A stretch of 64,000 bases of DNA from Chlamydiia bacterium (GCA_022601435.1 JAJACQ010000034.1:28688-92687), one strand, 5' to 3'; counted from the first letter of the stretch, positions 37,535-47,966 are shown. A program made the numbers and translations. Notes: generated by a model from the letters alone, not told the origin.

Positions 37535-38200
37535 ATGGAATCAACAAGTACGTCAACAAGTAGTAGCTCATACTCTCCAACAAAACTAGGACAGGAGTTT
37601 GATAAAATTACTAGAACTGTGGTTGGTCAATCAAGCTTATATGCCAAAAGTATTTCAAAACTCAGTAATACCTCATCAGCAGTCAGTGACTATTTTAAAG
37701 CACAGCTTAATGAGCTTAAGAACAACGAAGATGCTGTAGTTAAAGATGTTAGAAATTTAAAACAAATAAGAAAAATGATCAAAGCTTTTAATAAAACGAT
37801 GACTGACTTGAAAAATCAGATGAATAATATTAGCGATAAATACACTGAAGAAAGAAAATTATCAAAAGATATAGCTATTGCAATATGCCATGCTAATGAA
37901 TCAAGATCAAGAAGCTCTACTCCAGAATCTGTTGAGGATAAAGACAGTTCATCCTCAGATGATGATTTATCTGGATCATTTTCTGAAAGTGTCTCCCAAT
38001 TTTTTGGATTGGCTGGAACTTATTTGTCTCAATCTCACGACACTGTAGAAAAGATGTTTTCTTCTTTTAATGAATTAGGATCAAAAATACTTCGATTACT
38101 ACCGCAAGTTAGTACGGTAGGTGAAGAAGAAGGGGCACTAATATCAGCTGTCTTTGAAAACATGGCAGAGATGAAAAGAGAAGTTGAATCTATAGCTTAA
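37535..38200 (+). CDS. hypothetical Ser-rich protein (orphan, candidate secreted protein)
   Basis: The N-terminus is 'MESTSTSTSSSSYSP', with internal 'SRSRSSTPESVEDKDSSSSDDD'. No TM segment and no known domain. It has its own promoter. Confidence 0.55.
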   Translation: MESTSTSTSSSSYSPTKLGQEFDKITRTVVGQSSLYAKSISKLSNTSSAVSDYFKAQLNELKNNEDAVVKDVRNLKQIRKMIKAFNKTMTDLKNQMNNISDKYTEERKLSKDIAIAICHANESRSRSSTPESVEDKDSSSSDDDLSGSFSESVSQFFGLAGTYLSQSHDTVEKMFSSFNELGSKILRLLPQVSTVGEEEGALISAVFENMAEMKREVESIA

Positions 38201-38296
38201 CTCTTTGTGGTTTTTTGTTAAAACAAGTGTCAAATTGTATAATTGAAAATTTCAATTTCTTGCAGTATATTTTTTAAAATGTTAACTTGAACTATT

Positions 38297-39028
38297 ATGA
38301 AGTTTTTAATTACATGGTTAATTATGACATCTTTATTTTCCGGTGAGAAGGTTTTTATTGCGCATCGTGCAGCAAATAAGTGGATGTCTGAAAATACATT
38401 GGAATCTTTTAAGCGTATGCATGCAAATGGTGCTTTATGGTTTGAGATTGATGTTCATTTAATGAAGGATGGTAACATTGCTGTTCTTCATGATCCGAGA
38501 TTAAATAGAACAACCACTGGTAGAGGTAGAATTGCAAGAATGACTTGTCAGGATTTGACTAAGGTTTTTGTTAAAGGGGGACATGAAAAAATTCCAATGC
38601 TTCCTGATATGATGGAGTATGCTTATCAAAATGGTCTTCATATACAGATTGAATTAAAGGGAAAAAGCTTAAAACTAGTTGATAAAGTAGATGATCTTAT
38701 AAGACGCTATGATTGTGATTTGTTTTCTGTCTATTCTTTCAATAAAAAGTTAATAAAAGCTTTTATGGCAAAACAACCCGCATATCCTGTTCATTTAAAT
38801 ACAGAAAAATTTTCTTATAGAAATTTAGAGTTTGGTAGAAGCTTAGGAGTTGGTGTTAATTTAGATGGACGATTTGTACGCAAATCAGATATAGAGAAAT
38901 TAAAGGGAGCAGGAATTTCTGTGCATGTATATACTATAAATGATGCAGATCATGCTAATGAGCTTTTAGGTTATGGCGCAGATGCGATCATAACAGATAC
39001 GTTGATAAAGGGAGAAGGCGTTGAATAG
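38297..39028 (+). CDS. glycerophosphodiester phosphodiesterase (GDPD family)
   Basis: 'IAHRAANKWMSENTLESF' and 'EIDVHLMKDGNIAVLHD' are GDPD catalytic motifs. There is an N-terminal signal-like segment. Confidence 0.85.
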   Translation: MKFLITWLIMTSLFSGEKVFIAHRAANKWMSENTLESFKRMHANGALWFEIDVHLMKDGNIAVLHDPRLNRTTTGRGRIARMTCQDLTKVFVKGGHEKIPMLPDMMEYAYQNGLHIQIELKGKSLKLVDKVDDLIRRYDCDLFSVYSFNKKLIKAFMAKQPAYPVHLNTEKFSYRNLEFGRSLGVGVNLDGRFVRKSDIEKLKGAGISVHVYTINDADHANELLGYGADAIITDTLIKGEGVE

Positions 39029-39473
39029 TACCGAAAAGATGAGAATGTGCCCTTATTGTGAAGGAACAGTCCCTTTAGAAACGCCAACATGTCGCTTTTG
39101 CGGCTCATCTTTTGAAACAACAGAGGAGCCATTAAAAGGTGCCTTTCGAGAAGAAGATAACTCTCAATACATCCCTCCTTATACACCTGTTAACGATAGC
39201 TATAAAGAAAGCGTCTATTATCCTGAAAATGATGAAACTGTTCATCAAGATCATGAAGAAGATATTGATGAAGAAGCAGAAAAGGGACATCTAAGTGCAC
39301 TTACTTTGCTTTCATGTGGAGGAATGCTTCTTACATTGAGCCTCATGCTCTTTTTCTTCTCAGAACATGGAAGATTAGTCCTTGAATGGAAAAGCCGTTA
39401 CTGGAGTCTTTATATGATTTTAGGCCTTCCGATGCTCTATTATGGGTTCAAAAAACTTAAAACTATAAGTTGA
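39021..39473 (+). CDS. zinc-ribbon membrane protein (2 C-terminal TM segments)
   Basis: 'CPYCEG...CRFCGS' zinc ribbon, then the TM segments 'ALTLLSCGGMLLTLSLMLFFF' and 'YWSLYMILGLPMLYYGF'. The TTG start is supported by GGAGAAGG 5 nt upstream; an alternative ATG is at 39039. Confidence 0.6.
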   Translation: MNSTEKMRMCPYCEGTVPLETPTCRFCGSSFETTEEPLKGAFREEDNSQYIPPYTPVNDSYKESVYYPENDETVHQDHEEDIDEEAEKGHLSALTLLSCGGMLLTLSLMLFFFSEHGRLVLEWKSRYWSLYMILGLPMLYYGFKKLKTIS

Positions 39474-39577
39474 TTTAACGTTCATCACTTTACCAAATAA
39501 TGTGCTACAATAATCGCTCAAAATCTATTGCTAACATAGATTAAAAATCCTGATATCTTAATTAGAAGATTTTTAAA

Positions 39578-42466
39578 CTACAGCTTAATCTTACTTAAGC
39601 TTTCTGTTACTTCAGGTGGTGGTCCTAAAAGCTCCATTTGAGAAATTAGATTTTGCAGTTCTTTTGCGTCAGGCACCATGATGGTGAAGGCAAAGAGTTG
39701 GTGTGTGATATCTTTTTTTACCTCTAGAGAGAATTCGTTAAAGAGGTGAAAAGCTTCATGCTTAAACTCCTGAAGGGGATCTTTTTGGGCAACTGATTGC
39801 ATAGATACTTCTGTTCTTAAATGATCAATCCCGAGCAAATGCTTTTGCCACTTTGAGTCGATCGATCTTAAAAGAATAGATCTTGTTACATCCATTAAGA
39901 CACTAAGAGGATCGATTTCTTTGCCTGAAAGCTTTTGCATAGCAGAGATGATGCCCCCTTCATTTTTTAGCTTTGATTTAAAAGCTGTTAAGACTTTTTC
40001 TTTTATTATCTCAAAGGTCTCTTGATTCATTGGAGGTGAAATCTCATTGCTAATATTAATTGGTACGTGAGACATCAATAGTTCATTGAGTCTTTCGGTT
40101 GTAAGAGCTTTATTAGCTTGATATTCTTCATGAAATTGACTGCACAACATTTCAGTAAAATCACTTAAGATGCTTGAAGCAAGTGCAAGCGGGTTATCTG
40201 CTAAGAGAATGGATTGTCTGAATGTATAAACTTCACTTCTGTGTTTATTCATTACATCATCATATTCAAGAGTGTGCTTTCTGATTTGGTAGTTTCTTGC
40301 TTCAACACGCTCTTGGGCAGTGCCGATTGAGCGATTAAGAATCGGTGCAGAAATAGCTTCTCCTTCAGGAGGTCTGAAACGCTGAAGCATATTTATTACT
40401 CGAGGAGAAGAGATCATTTTCATCAATGGATCTTCAAACGAAACATAGAATTTAGACTTTCCAGGATCTCCTTGTCTTGCACAACGACCGCTAAGCTGTC
40501 TATCAATACGTCTTGAACTGTGCCTTGTTGTACCAATTACATAAAGTCCGCCTAAATCTGCTACACCTTCTTCTAGTTTAATGTCTGTTCCACGTCCTGC
40601 CATATTTGTAGCAACAGTAATAGCGGATTTCTTTCCTGCGTTGGAGATTATTTCTGCTTCTTTAGCGTGATTTTTGGCGTTTAGAACTGTATGCTTAAGT
40701 TTTTCATCTTTTAATAATCTTGAGACCTTTTCAGACACATCAACAGATTCGGTACCAACCAAAATAGGCTGACCTTTTTGATGGGCTTCTCTGATCTCTT
40801 TAAGGATAGCATCATATTTTTCTCTTTCTGACATGTAAACTTCGTCGTTTATATCATCTCGGATACACTTTTTATGAGTTGGAATACTTAATACTTCTAA
40901 GCCATAGATCTCTTTGAGTTCTTTTGATTCAGTAATAGCGGTACCTGTCATTCCTGCAATTTTCTTATAGAGTCTGAAATAGTTCTGCAATGTAATAGTT
41001 GCTAATGTTTGGGTCTCTCTTTGAACCGAAAGATTTTCTTTGGCTTCGATTGCTTGATGTAATCCATCAGAAAAACGCCTTCCAGGTTGCGGACGTCCTG
41101 TATTTTCATCAATGATGACAATTTTTCTATCTTGAACGATATAATCAACATCTTTTTCCATCAAAAGCTGAGCTCTGAAAAGCTGCCTTATATTATGAGA
41201 CATCTCCTTTCTTCGTGCATCTTCTTCTCGAAGGGCCACCTTTTTTTGTAAAGCTTCTTTTTCGTTTAGCTCTTGTTTTTCAATCAAGGCATACTCATGA
41301 CCAAGGTCAAGCATCATAAATGCCGTAGAATCACCTTTCCATTGCTTAACACCTTTATCAATAAGTTCATAATCTTGATTTTTTTCATCAATGATGATGT
41401 ATAGATCTTTGATAACTTCGGCGCGTGCCTCTTTATTCATATCTGAATAATAGAAGGTGTCAATACTTTCAATCTCTTGCCTAATATCGGGATTTTGTAA
41501 ATAGCGCTTAAGAACTTTATTAGTTGGGGTGCCTTTGGATACAAGCCATAGCTTCTCTAGTGCTTCTTTCTTTTTTTCTTTTTCTTCTTTTGAAAATTTT
41601 AGAGTTGAAAGCTCTGTCGTCGGAGTGATTTTTAAACTATCAAGCTCACGTCTTGCAAAAGAAGCGTAGTTGTTACAAAGATCTTTTTGAGCTTTTACAA
41701 GATCTGCTACGGGGCTTTTGAGTTCATCATACATTTGCATAGAATTTTCAGCCGGTCCTGAAATAATCAATGGCGTTCTTGCTTCATCAATTAAAATAGA
41801 ATCAATCTCATCAATAATAACAAAAAAATGACCTCTTTGAACAATCTGATCTTTGCTTTGAATCATTGAATTATCTCTTAAATAGTCAAATCCAAATTCT
41901 GAGGCTGTTGAGTAGACGATGTCTGCTTCGTAAACATCTCTTCTGTCTTCGTGTTTAGTTTTATTTAAAAGAGGCTTTGATGTAATTCCTAAAAAAGAAA
42001 AAATGGCTCCAATCCACATGCAATCTCTTTCTACTAAATAGTCGTTAACTGTCACAAGATGAACAGGTTTTCCTGTTAAGGCATGAAGGTATAAAGGCAT
42101 CGCAGATGTAAGGGTTTTTCCTTCCCCGGTCTGCATTTCAGAAATAGTCCCATTATGCATTGCAAGAGCACCAACGATTTGAACATCATAAGGAATCATA
42201 TCCCAAGTTTGCATGTGACCTAAAACATTGATTTCTTTTCCACAAAGTCTTCTGCATGTATTTTTAACAGTTGCATAAACTTCTACTAAGATATCATCCA
42301 AAGAAGCACCCTGACTTAAGCGCTCTTTAAAAACAGCAGTTTGATTTTTGAGCTCTTCGTCGGAAAGATTTTGCAGCTCTTTTTCTTTCTGGTTAATTTG
42401 TTGAACAGTCTTTCTATATTTCTTGATTGTTCTTTCACCGGCAGTTCCAAATAATTTCTTTAGCAT
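39578..42466 (-). CDS. secA: preprotein translocase ATPase SecA
   Basis: 'MQTGEGKTLT' Walker A, 'DEIDSILIDEARTPLIISG' and 'ATNMAGRGTDIKL'. Confidence 0.97.
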   Translation of the reverse strand: MLKKLFGTAGERTIKKYRKTVQQINQKEKELQNLSDEELKNQTAVFKERLSQGASLDDILVEVYATVKNTCRRLCGKEINVLGHMQTWDMIPYDVQIVGALAMHNGTISEMQTGEGKTLTSAMPLYLHALTGKPVHLVTVNDYLVERDCMWIGAIFSFLGITSKPLLNKTKHEDRRDVYEADIVYSTASEFGFDYLRDNSMIQSKDQIVQRGHFFVIIDEIDSILIDEARTPLIISGPAENSMQMYDELKSPVADLVKAQKDLCNNYASFARRELDSLKITPTTELSTLKFSKEEKEKKKEALEKLWLVSKGTPTNKVLKRYLQNPDIRQEIESIDTFYYSDMNKEARAEVIKDLYIIIDEKNQDYELIDKGVKQWKGDSTAFMMLDLGHEYALIEKQELNEKEALQKKVALREEDARRKEMSHNIRQLFRAQLLMEKDVDYIVQDRKIVIIDENTGRPQPGRRFSDGLHQAIEAKENLSVQRETQTLATITLQNYFRLYKKIAGMTGTAITESKELKEIYGLEVLSIPTHKKCIRDDINDEVYMSEREKYDAILKEIREAHQKGQPILVGTESVDVSEKVSRLLKDEKLKHTVLNAKNHAKEAEIISNAGKKSAITVATNMAGRGTDIKLEEGVADLGGLYVIGTTRHSSRRIDRQLSGRCARQGDPGKSKFYVSFEDPLMKMISSPRVINMLQRFRPPEGEAISAPILNRSIGTAQERVEARNYQIRKHTLEYDDVMNKHRSEVYTFRQSILLADNPLALASSILSDFTEMLCSQFHEEYQANKALTTERLNELLMSHVPINISNEISPPMNQETFEIIKEKVLTAFKSKLKNEGGIISAMQKLSGKEIDPLSVLMDVTRSILLRSIDSKWQKHLLGIDHLRTEVSMQSVAQKDPLQEFKHEAFHLFNEFSLEVKKDITHQLFAFTIMVPDAKELQNLISQMELLGPPPEVTESLSKIKL

Positions 42467-42521
42467 TGTTTACCCTCTGCTCTCCATCTAGTTTTTCAAG
42501 CAGTATTATAAAGCAAAATTA

Positions 42522-43274
42522 TTAAAATTCCAACTTAAAAGAGACCTTTTCAGGGGTTATCGACAAGTAATAATTTGAATCAGTTCGAGAAACAGCTTCA
42601 CACGCAACATATGCCATCAGCCATCCTAGCATAACTTGGGATGGATAGTGATCATTGTCATTTATTCTTGAAATACCCGTGAGTGTAGACCCAATATATA
42701 AAAGACTTTTCAAGAAAAGATCATCTACCATTTTAGCCCCTGTAATAAACAAAATTGCTCCAGTATAAGTGTGCCCAGAAACGCCATGCGGTAGAGTGAA
42801 AAAATCCCAAGTTGAGCTTCTTGTTGTGTTCGAAGGCCTTGATCCACCTACGATCTCACGAGCTACATGAAGGGGAATAGTTCCTACAATAAAAGCTCTT
42901 GCAGATTTAAGTACAAGATCTCCAACATAACCTCCCATGGGCCTATTTTGAAAGGTTAATGCAAAAGCAGATAATCCTCCATAAGCATAAAGCGCTTGAT
43001 CTTGTCCCATGTACTTCCAAAATTGAAAGAAGTTATCGGTTCCTTGGCTTCGCAAATTATTTTGATAAAAATCTTGTATATCTTGATCAATCGTTGTATT
43101 TGCCATTACAGCACCAGCCGAAAAGCCAATTACAAGAGTGATAAGAGTTGATTCACTAAAGTAATTCTTAAAATCTATTGGGATTTTTTGCCAGTAATTT
43201 GTACCATAGCTTCTTAAGTAGTTTTCGCCAAAAATAGAAGACATAAAGAGTAGAATAAATAAGAAGCGCTTCAA
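42522..43274 (-). CDS. PAP2-superfamily (acid phosphatase/lipid phosphatase-like) membrane protein, paralog B
   Basis: A signal peptide and 6 hydrophobic segments. C1 'REIVGGSRP', C2 'VSGH' and C3 'SRINDNDHYPSQ', where the final D of the consensus SRx5Hx3D is replaced by Q. Confidence 0.6.
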   Translation of the reverse strand: MKRFLFILLFMSSIFGENYLRSYGTNYWQKIPIDFKNYFSESTLITLVIGFSAGAVMANTTIDQDIQDFYQNNLRSQGTDNFFQFWKYMGQDQALYAYGGLSAFALTFQNRPMGGYVGDLVLKSARAFIVGTIPLHVAREIVGGSRPSNTTRSSTWDFFTLPHGVSGHTYTGAILFITGAKMVDDLFLKSLLYIGSTLTGISRINDNDHYPSQVMLGWLMAYVACEAVSRTDSNYYLSITPEKVSFKLEF

Positions 43275-43987
43275 AATTTATACCCCAATGAAATTTTAGT
43301 TCCATCTGCTTCAAAAGTTAAACTGGTTTTGGTTATTGCATTGCAAGCGGTATACGCAAGAAGCCACCCTAATAATACTTGTGAAGGGTAGTGGGAGTTA
43401 TCATTTATACGAGAAATGCCTGTAAACGTTGACATGATATAAAAAATGACCTTAAGCGGCAAAACAGAAGACATGTTAGCGAGCGTTATAAACGGAATAG
43501 CGCCCATATAAGCGTGACCAGATATTCCATGATCATTATGAAAAGGCTGCCACGCAGAAGTAGTGTTTTGATTTGGCCTATCTGCCCCTAAAACTACCTG
43601 CCCAGTAACAAGAACTGGCAAGCCTACAAGCGTTGACCTTAGAGCGTAAAGTGAAAAATCATATAGAAATTCTCCTACAACAGTCTCTTTAAAGACAAAC
43701 CCTAAAGAAAAAGCTGAAGCATAAAGAATTCCAAGTGGCTTATTGCTTCCAAATTTTTTTACAAACCTCGAAAAATCATCTGTTCCTTCTGTACGTATAT
43801 CATCTTGATACCAATCTTGAATACTTTGATCTATGGGTGAGTTCGCCATGATGTCTGCCACCATAAGGCCAACTCCAATTGTAAATAGAGTGTCTTTACT
43901 ATAAAAATTTAGCTCATCATCAATAAGCGCAGAAGCTGCAAAAACAGGAAGAACAAAAACAAGTGTTAATAAAAAAAACCTATTCAC
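43271..43987 (-). CDS. PAP2-superfamily membrane protein, paralog A
   Basis: A paralog of the downstream gene. It has 'GADRP', 'ISGH' and 'SRINDNSHYPSQ'. ATGA-type overlaps occur at both ends. Confidence 0.6.
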   Translation of the reverse strand: MNRFFLLTLVFVLPVFAASALIDDELNFYSKDTLFTIGVGLMVADIMANSPIDQSIQDWYQDDIRTEGTDDFSRFVKKFGSNKPLGILYASAFSLGFVFKETVVGEFLYDFSLYALRSTLVGLPVLVTGQVVLGADRPNQNTTSAWQPFHNDHGISGHAYMGAIPFITLANMSSVLPLKVIFYIMSTFTGISRINDNSHYPSQVLLGWLLAYTACNAITKTSLTFEADGTKISLGYKF

Positions 43988-44873
43988 AATTTGTTAGCGA
44001 TGTTCCCATATTTAAGAGGACTTCCATTTGATTGTCTGTATACTCAATGAGTTTTTTATCGATTGTTAGCATATCATTTTGAAAAAGTGTGATTATCATT
44101 GACCCACCAAAAGAAAAATAACCTAACTCATCACCTTTTTTGTATCTTTTGCTCTGTTTTGCTGCGATATTAATGCTTCCAACATGCGTAGCTCCTACTG
44201 CAATCATTAAAACATTTCCATACTCTGCAGACTCTAGTTCTATAAATACTTTCTTGTTTTCTATGATATTTTTTAAACGTTGCTTTAATGCGATGGGATT
44301 AACTGAATGAAGAGTCCCTTTAATTTTCCTAATATTTTTAACTGTGCAATCTATGGGAAAATGAAACCGATGATAATCAACAGGTGCCAGACGTGATATA
44401 ATCATAATACCTTGCTTATATAAAGATGCAATATTTTGATCTGGAATTAACTCCTGAACTGAAAACATTTGCCCCTTAACATAAATACCCTTGATATCTG
44501 CAGTATTTTGATAAAACAGATGCCGCCCATCACATGGAACAATTATATCTTCTTTGCTAAGCATCCTAGCATCACATCTTAACTTTCGAATAAAAAAATC
44601 ATTAAAACTTTTATAGTCAACATCCTGGAAATCTCCGAGCTTTACTCCATAATCGCGTACAAAATCTCGAATAGATCTTTTTGACCAAGGAGACTTCATT
44701 AACCAGCTAATAAATCTTGAAACTAAAGAATTCTTACACATCAAACGCTGAAGGGTTAATGCTGAATAGGTGTCATTTTGATAAAGCAGCCTTAACACGC
44801 TCTCACCTGGTACTTTCTCTTCTATGACTCGTTGATTCTTAAAGTCGAATACTTTTATTTTACTTAGTTCCAT
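43980..44873 (-). CDS. psd: phosphatidylserine decarboxylase proenzyme
   Basis: 'DYHRFHFP' and the self-cleavage region 'GYFSFGGSMII'. Confidence 0.9.
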   Translation of the reverse strand: MELSKIKVFDFKNQRVIEEKVPGESVLRLLYQNDTYSALTLQRLMCKNSLVSRFISWLMKSPWSKRSIRDFVRDYGVKLGDFQDVDYKSFNDFFIRKLRCDARMLSKEDIIVPCDGRHLFYQNTADIKGIYVKGQMFSVQELIPDQNIASLYKQGIMIISRLAPVDYHRFHFPIDCTVKNIRKIKGTLHSVNPIALKQRLKNIIENKKVFIELESAEYGNVLMIAVGATHVGSINIAAKQSKRYKKGDELGYFSFGGSMIITLFQNDMLTIDKKLIEYTDNQMEVLLNMGTSLTNCE

Positions 44874-44945
44874 ATTCTAAAGAAGTATATGGAACATTAA
44901 GATTTATTTACACAACTTTGTACCATTGCAACAATTTTTTTTAAT

Positions 44946-45830
44946 TTATTGAACTGAATTATTCTTGCTGTTAATAAATTCTAATAGTTGCTTTTTCATA
45001 GAATCATTAGATAGTTTATTTGCCATTTCCATTGCTTTTGTTTTTTGATTATTTTTTAAGAGCTGCTCAGCGATAAAAAAATGGCATAAATCCTTAGTTC
45101 TATTGCTGTCAATTGCAGTTATATAAAATAAAAGAAGATCAACTTCTTCTATTGCAATGAATCTATTAATGACGTTACTTAGTGATGTATTAAGGTGGTT
45201 TAAATCCTTCATTTCACCGATGACTTCTAAGGCTTTTGAGATTTCATTTATGAGTAAATATTCATCGGCAATTAATTCTTTTATTCTACTATATGCAAAG
45301 TCTTTGTTAGATTTGTCAACTTTAACAAGGTCCATCATCAGGGATACTTTTGAAAGCGAATTTACTATTTCTTGAAAGAGGTTTTTGCAATTGTAAGGGA
45401 TAGGAAGTTCATTTGCTTTATTTCTTAGCTCCACGAAATCCCTGTAATGTATATTATATTCCTCGTGTGTTATAAAAGCTTTACTTAAACAAGTATCATA
45501 TAGACGTTCTAAGACTCTTTCTAAAATCAGTAATTTAGGGATTGTAAGAAAAAATTTTGCAGTTTGATGGGGGATGATTTCTTTGGGGTCTTCACAGGGG
45601 AGAAATTCGTTTCTAAATATGACTAATTCATCGGTTTTATCTAACTTTAGATGATTTATGAATACGTCAATATAAGCTTCGAATTTTTTTGCTTCAGGAT
45701 GAAAGTCTATGCTTTGTTCTATTTTTGGTTCAGAAAAAGGGTTATATAAGGCAAGATCAATACAGCTTAGCGTATTTGGAAGAATTCCAAAAAAGAATAA
45801 TGAGATCCTCAATAGATATTTATTTAACAC
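44946..45830 (-). CDS. hypothetical secreted protein
   Basis: An N-terminal signal-like 'LLRISLFFFGILPNTLSC'. The remainder is helical. No family recognised. Confidence 0.55.
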   Translation of the reverse strand: MLNKYLLRISLFFFGILPNTLSCIDLALYNPFSEPKIEQSIDFHPEAKKFEAYIDVFINHLKLDKTDELVIFRNEFLPCEDPKEIIPHQTAKFFLTIPKLLILERVLERLYDTCLSKAFITHEEYNIHYRDFVELRNKANELPIPYNCKNLFQEIVNSLSKVSLMMDLVKVDKSNKDFAYSRIKELIADEYLLINEISKALEVIGEMKDLNHLNTSLSNVINRFIAIEEVDLLLFYITAIDSNRTKDLCHFFIAEQLLKNNQKTKAMEMANKLSNDSMKKQLLEFINSKNNSVQ

Positions 45831-45868
45831 AGTTCCCTCCAGTTAATTTTGAAAAACAAGAATGTTAT

Positions 45869-45903
45869 AGTTGGGTGTGTTTTATGTAAACAAAAACCCA
45901 ACT
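45869..45903 (-). terminator. stem-loop downstream of nth (weak terminator candidate)
   Basis: AGTTGGGT ... ACCCAACT (8 bp) with an inner TGTTT/AAACA pairing. On the minus strand a T-rich run follows ~10 nt later. Confidence 0.3.
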
Positions 45904-45958
45904 GGTTAAAAGCATGCTTTCAAGGAAGGGAAAATATTAGGTGTTTTTATTGAAAATA

Positions 45959-46573
45959 TTAATTATTCAGAAGGGCGCAAATTGGGCATTTTTGACTATT
46001 ATGTTTTTTGGCAGGGCAATAGGCGCGGGCATAGTAAATGATCTGAAGGTGGAGTTTTGCCCAAAGGTTTTTTGGGAAAAGGGCTTTTAGATCTTTTTCT
46101 GTTTGGGTGACATTTTTCCCTGATGAAAGGCCCCAACGTTTTGCTAGGCGATGAATGTGTGTATCGACGGGGAATGCAGGCGTGTTAAATGCTTGTATCA
46201 TAACAACAGACGCAGTTTTATGACCAACCCCAGGAAGAGATTCTAGCTCCTCTAAGGTTTTGGGCACTTCTCCATTCCATTTGTCGATGAGGATCTTTGA
46301 AAGATCAAAGATTGCTTTTGCTTTAAATCTATAAAGTCCGCATGTTTTAATAATTTCTTCAATTTCAGGAATTGAGAGTTTAATCATTTTAAAAGGAGTG
46401 TTTGCTTTTTTAAACAGTACTTTGGTAACGATGTTGACTCGTTTATCAGTGCATTGAGCCGATAGAAGAACGGCGATTAAAAGCGTATAGGCATTTTCAT
46501 GATCAAGGGGAATTGGCGGATCTGGAAAATGTATTTCTAGTAGCTCAATGATTTTATTTATTTTCCGACACAA
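45959..46573 (-). CDS. nth: endonuclease III
   Basis: HhH-GPD 'LPGVGHKTASVVM' and 'DTHIHRLAKRWG'. The C-terminal Cys cluster 'CPAKKHNSQKCPIC' has only three Cys before the stop. Confidence 0.9.
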   Translation of the reverse strand: MCRKINKIIELLEIHFPDPPIPLDHENAYTLLIAVLLSAQCTDKRVNIVTKVLFKKANTPFKMIKLSIPEIEEIIKTCGLYRFKAKAIFDLSKILIDKWNGEVPKTLEELESLPGVGHKTASVVMIQAFNTPAFPVDTHIHRLAKRWGLSSGKNVTQTEKDLKALFPKNLWAKLHLQIIYYARAYCPAKKHNSQKCPICALLNN

Positions 46574-47892
46574 AATTTAGAAAAAATTCCTCCGAGTATT
46601 TCTTCAGTGATATTAATTCCGATCACCTCAGAAAGTTTTTCAAGTCCAAATCGTAAATCAAAAGAGATCAAGTCGATTGATAAATCAGCTTCAATTCCTG
46701 TTAAGGTTTTGTCAAGAGATGACAAGGATTCTTTTAAGCAGTGATGGTGGCGTTCTTTTGTGATAAGCGGGGTGTCATCGATATGCTCGAAGTGTGTTTT
46801 TTCTAAAATTGCGTTTTTAAGGCTTTGAAGCCCTTGTTTTTCTTTTGCGGATATATAGATCGGGTTTTGTATGTTTAGGGGATTAGAAAGCTTGCAAATG
46901 TCTTGTTTATTATAAGCAATGATTGGATTTATTAAGCTTTTGTAAATATGGATAATTTGATCATTTATTGGAGTAGATAAATCAATTAATAAAATAGTGA
47001 TATCACTTTCATGAATTGTTTTGAGGGTTTTTTCTATTCCAATTTGTTCTACTTTATTTTGAGAGTTATGAATTCCTGCTGTGTCAATAAATTTGAATGT
47101 GTGGTTATCAATTAAAATTTCTTCTTCGATAGTATCGCGTGTTGTTCCTGCAATCTCTGTAACGATAGCGCGATCTTCTTCTAAAAGGGCATTTAAAAGA
47201 GATGATTTTCCGGCATTTGGGGCTCCAATGATAGCAATTTTGTGACCATTAAAGAGTTTTTTCCCGTCAGTAAAAGAATTAAGGAGCTTTAGAATTTTTT
47301 CTCTAGTTATTTGGATCATAGAGATTACTTCTGCTTTGGTGGCTTCTTCTAATCCTTCTTCGGGATAGTCGATATGTACTTCTATGATAGTTAAAAGATC
47401 TATAAAGCACTGTTGTAAATCTTTGATATAGACTGATAAAGATCCAGCTAATTGTTTCGAAGCCTCTTTTAAAGCACGTTCATTTTTTGCGTGTATGATT
47501 TCTTTGATGGCTTCTGCTTGTAATAGATCAATTTTACCATTTGAATAAGCGCGCCTAGAAAACTCACCACCTTCTGCAAGCCGAGCACCTAATTCAAGGG
47601 CTCGTGTTAAGATTTTTTTGACAATCAAAGGGCTTCCGTGACAAATAATTTCTACGCTATCTTCACCTGTAAAGGATTTTTGACCTTTCATTGTGATTAA
47701 AATAACTTCATCAATGATTGAATGATTCGAGCTTAGGATATTGCCTAAAGTGGCTTTATGGGGTTTGAGCGTTAGAACATCTTTTGAAAAAAAAGAGTTC
47801 GTTAGGTCTAAGCAGCCTTTTCCTGAAAGTCTAATAATAGATAAGGCGCCTATGCCGGGAGGGGTTGCTTGAGCTATGATTACATCGTTCAT
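46558..47892 (-). CDS. mnmE: tRNA modification GTPase MnmE
   Basis: G1 'GAPNAGKSSLLN', 'DTAGI' and the C-terminal 'CVGK' tetrapeptide. Confidence 0.95.
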   Translation of the reverse strand: MNDVIIAQATPPGIGALSIIRLSGKGCLDLTNSFFSKDVLTLKPHKATLGNILSSNHSIIDEVILITMKGQKSFTGEDSVEIICHGSPLIVKKILTRALELGARLAEGGEFSRRAYSNGKIDLLQAEAIKEIIHAKNERALKEASKQLAGSLSVYIKDLQQCFIDLLTIIEVHIDYPEEGLEEATKAEVISMIQITREKILKLLNSFTDGKKLFNGHKIAIIGAPNAGKSSLLNALLEEDRAIVTEIAGTTRDTIEEEILIDNHTFKFIDTAGIHNSQNKVEQIGIEKTLKTIHESDITILLIDLSTPINDQIIHIYKSLINPIIAYNKQDICKLSNPLNIQNPIYISAKEKQGLQSLKNAILEKTHFEHIDDTPLITKERHHHCLKESLSSLDKTLTGIEADLSIDLISFDLRFGLEKLSEVIGINITEEILGGIFSKFCVGK

Positions 47893-47966
47893 AAAGGCAG
47901 TATAGCACGAAAGATTGTTTATCCCAAACCCAGAAATTTATAGTTCAGAAGTTATTAATTTTAATT

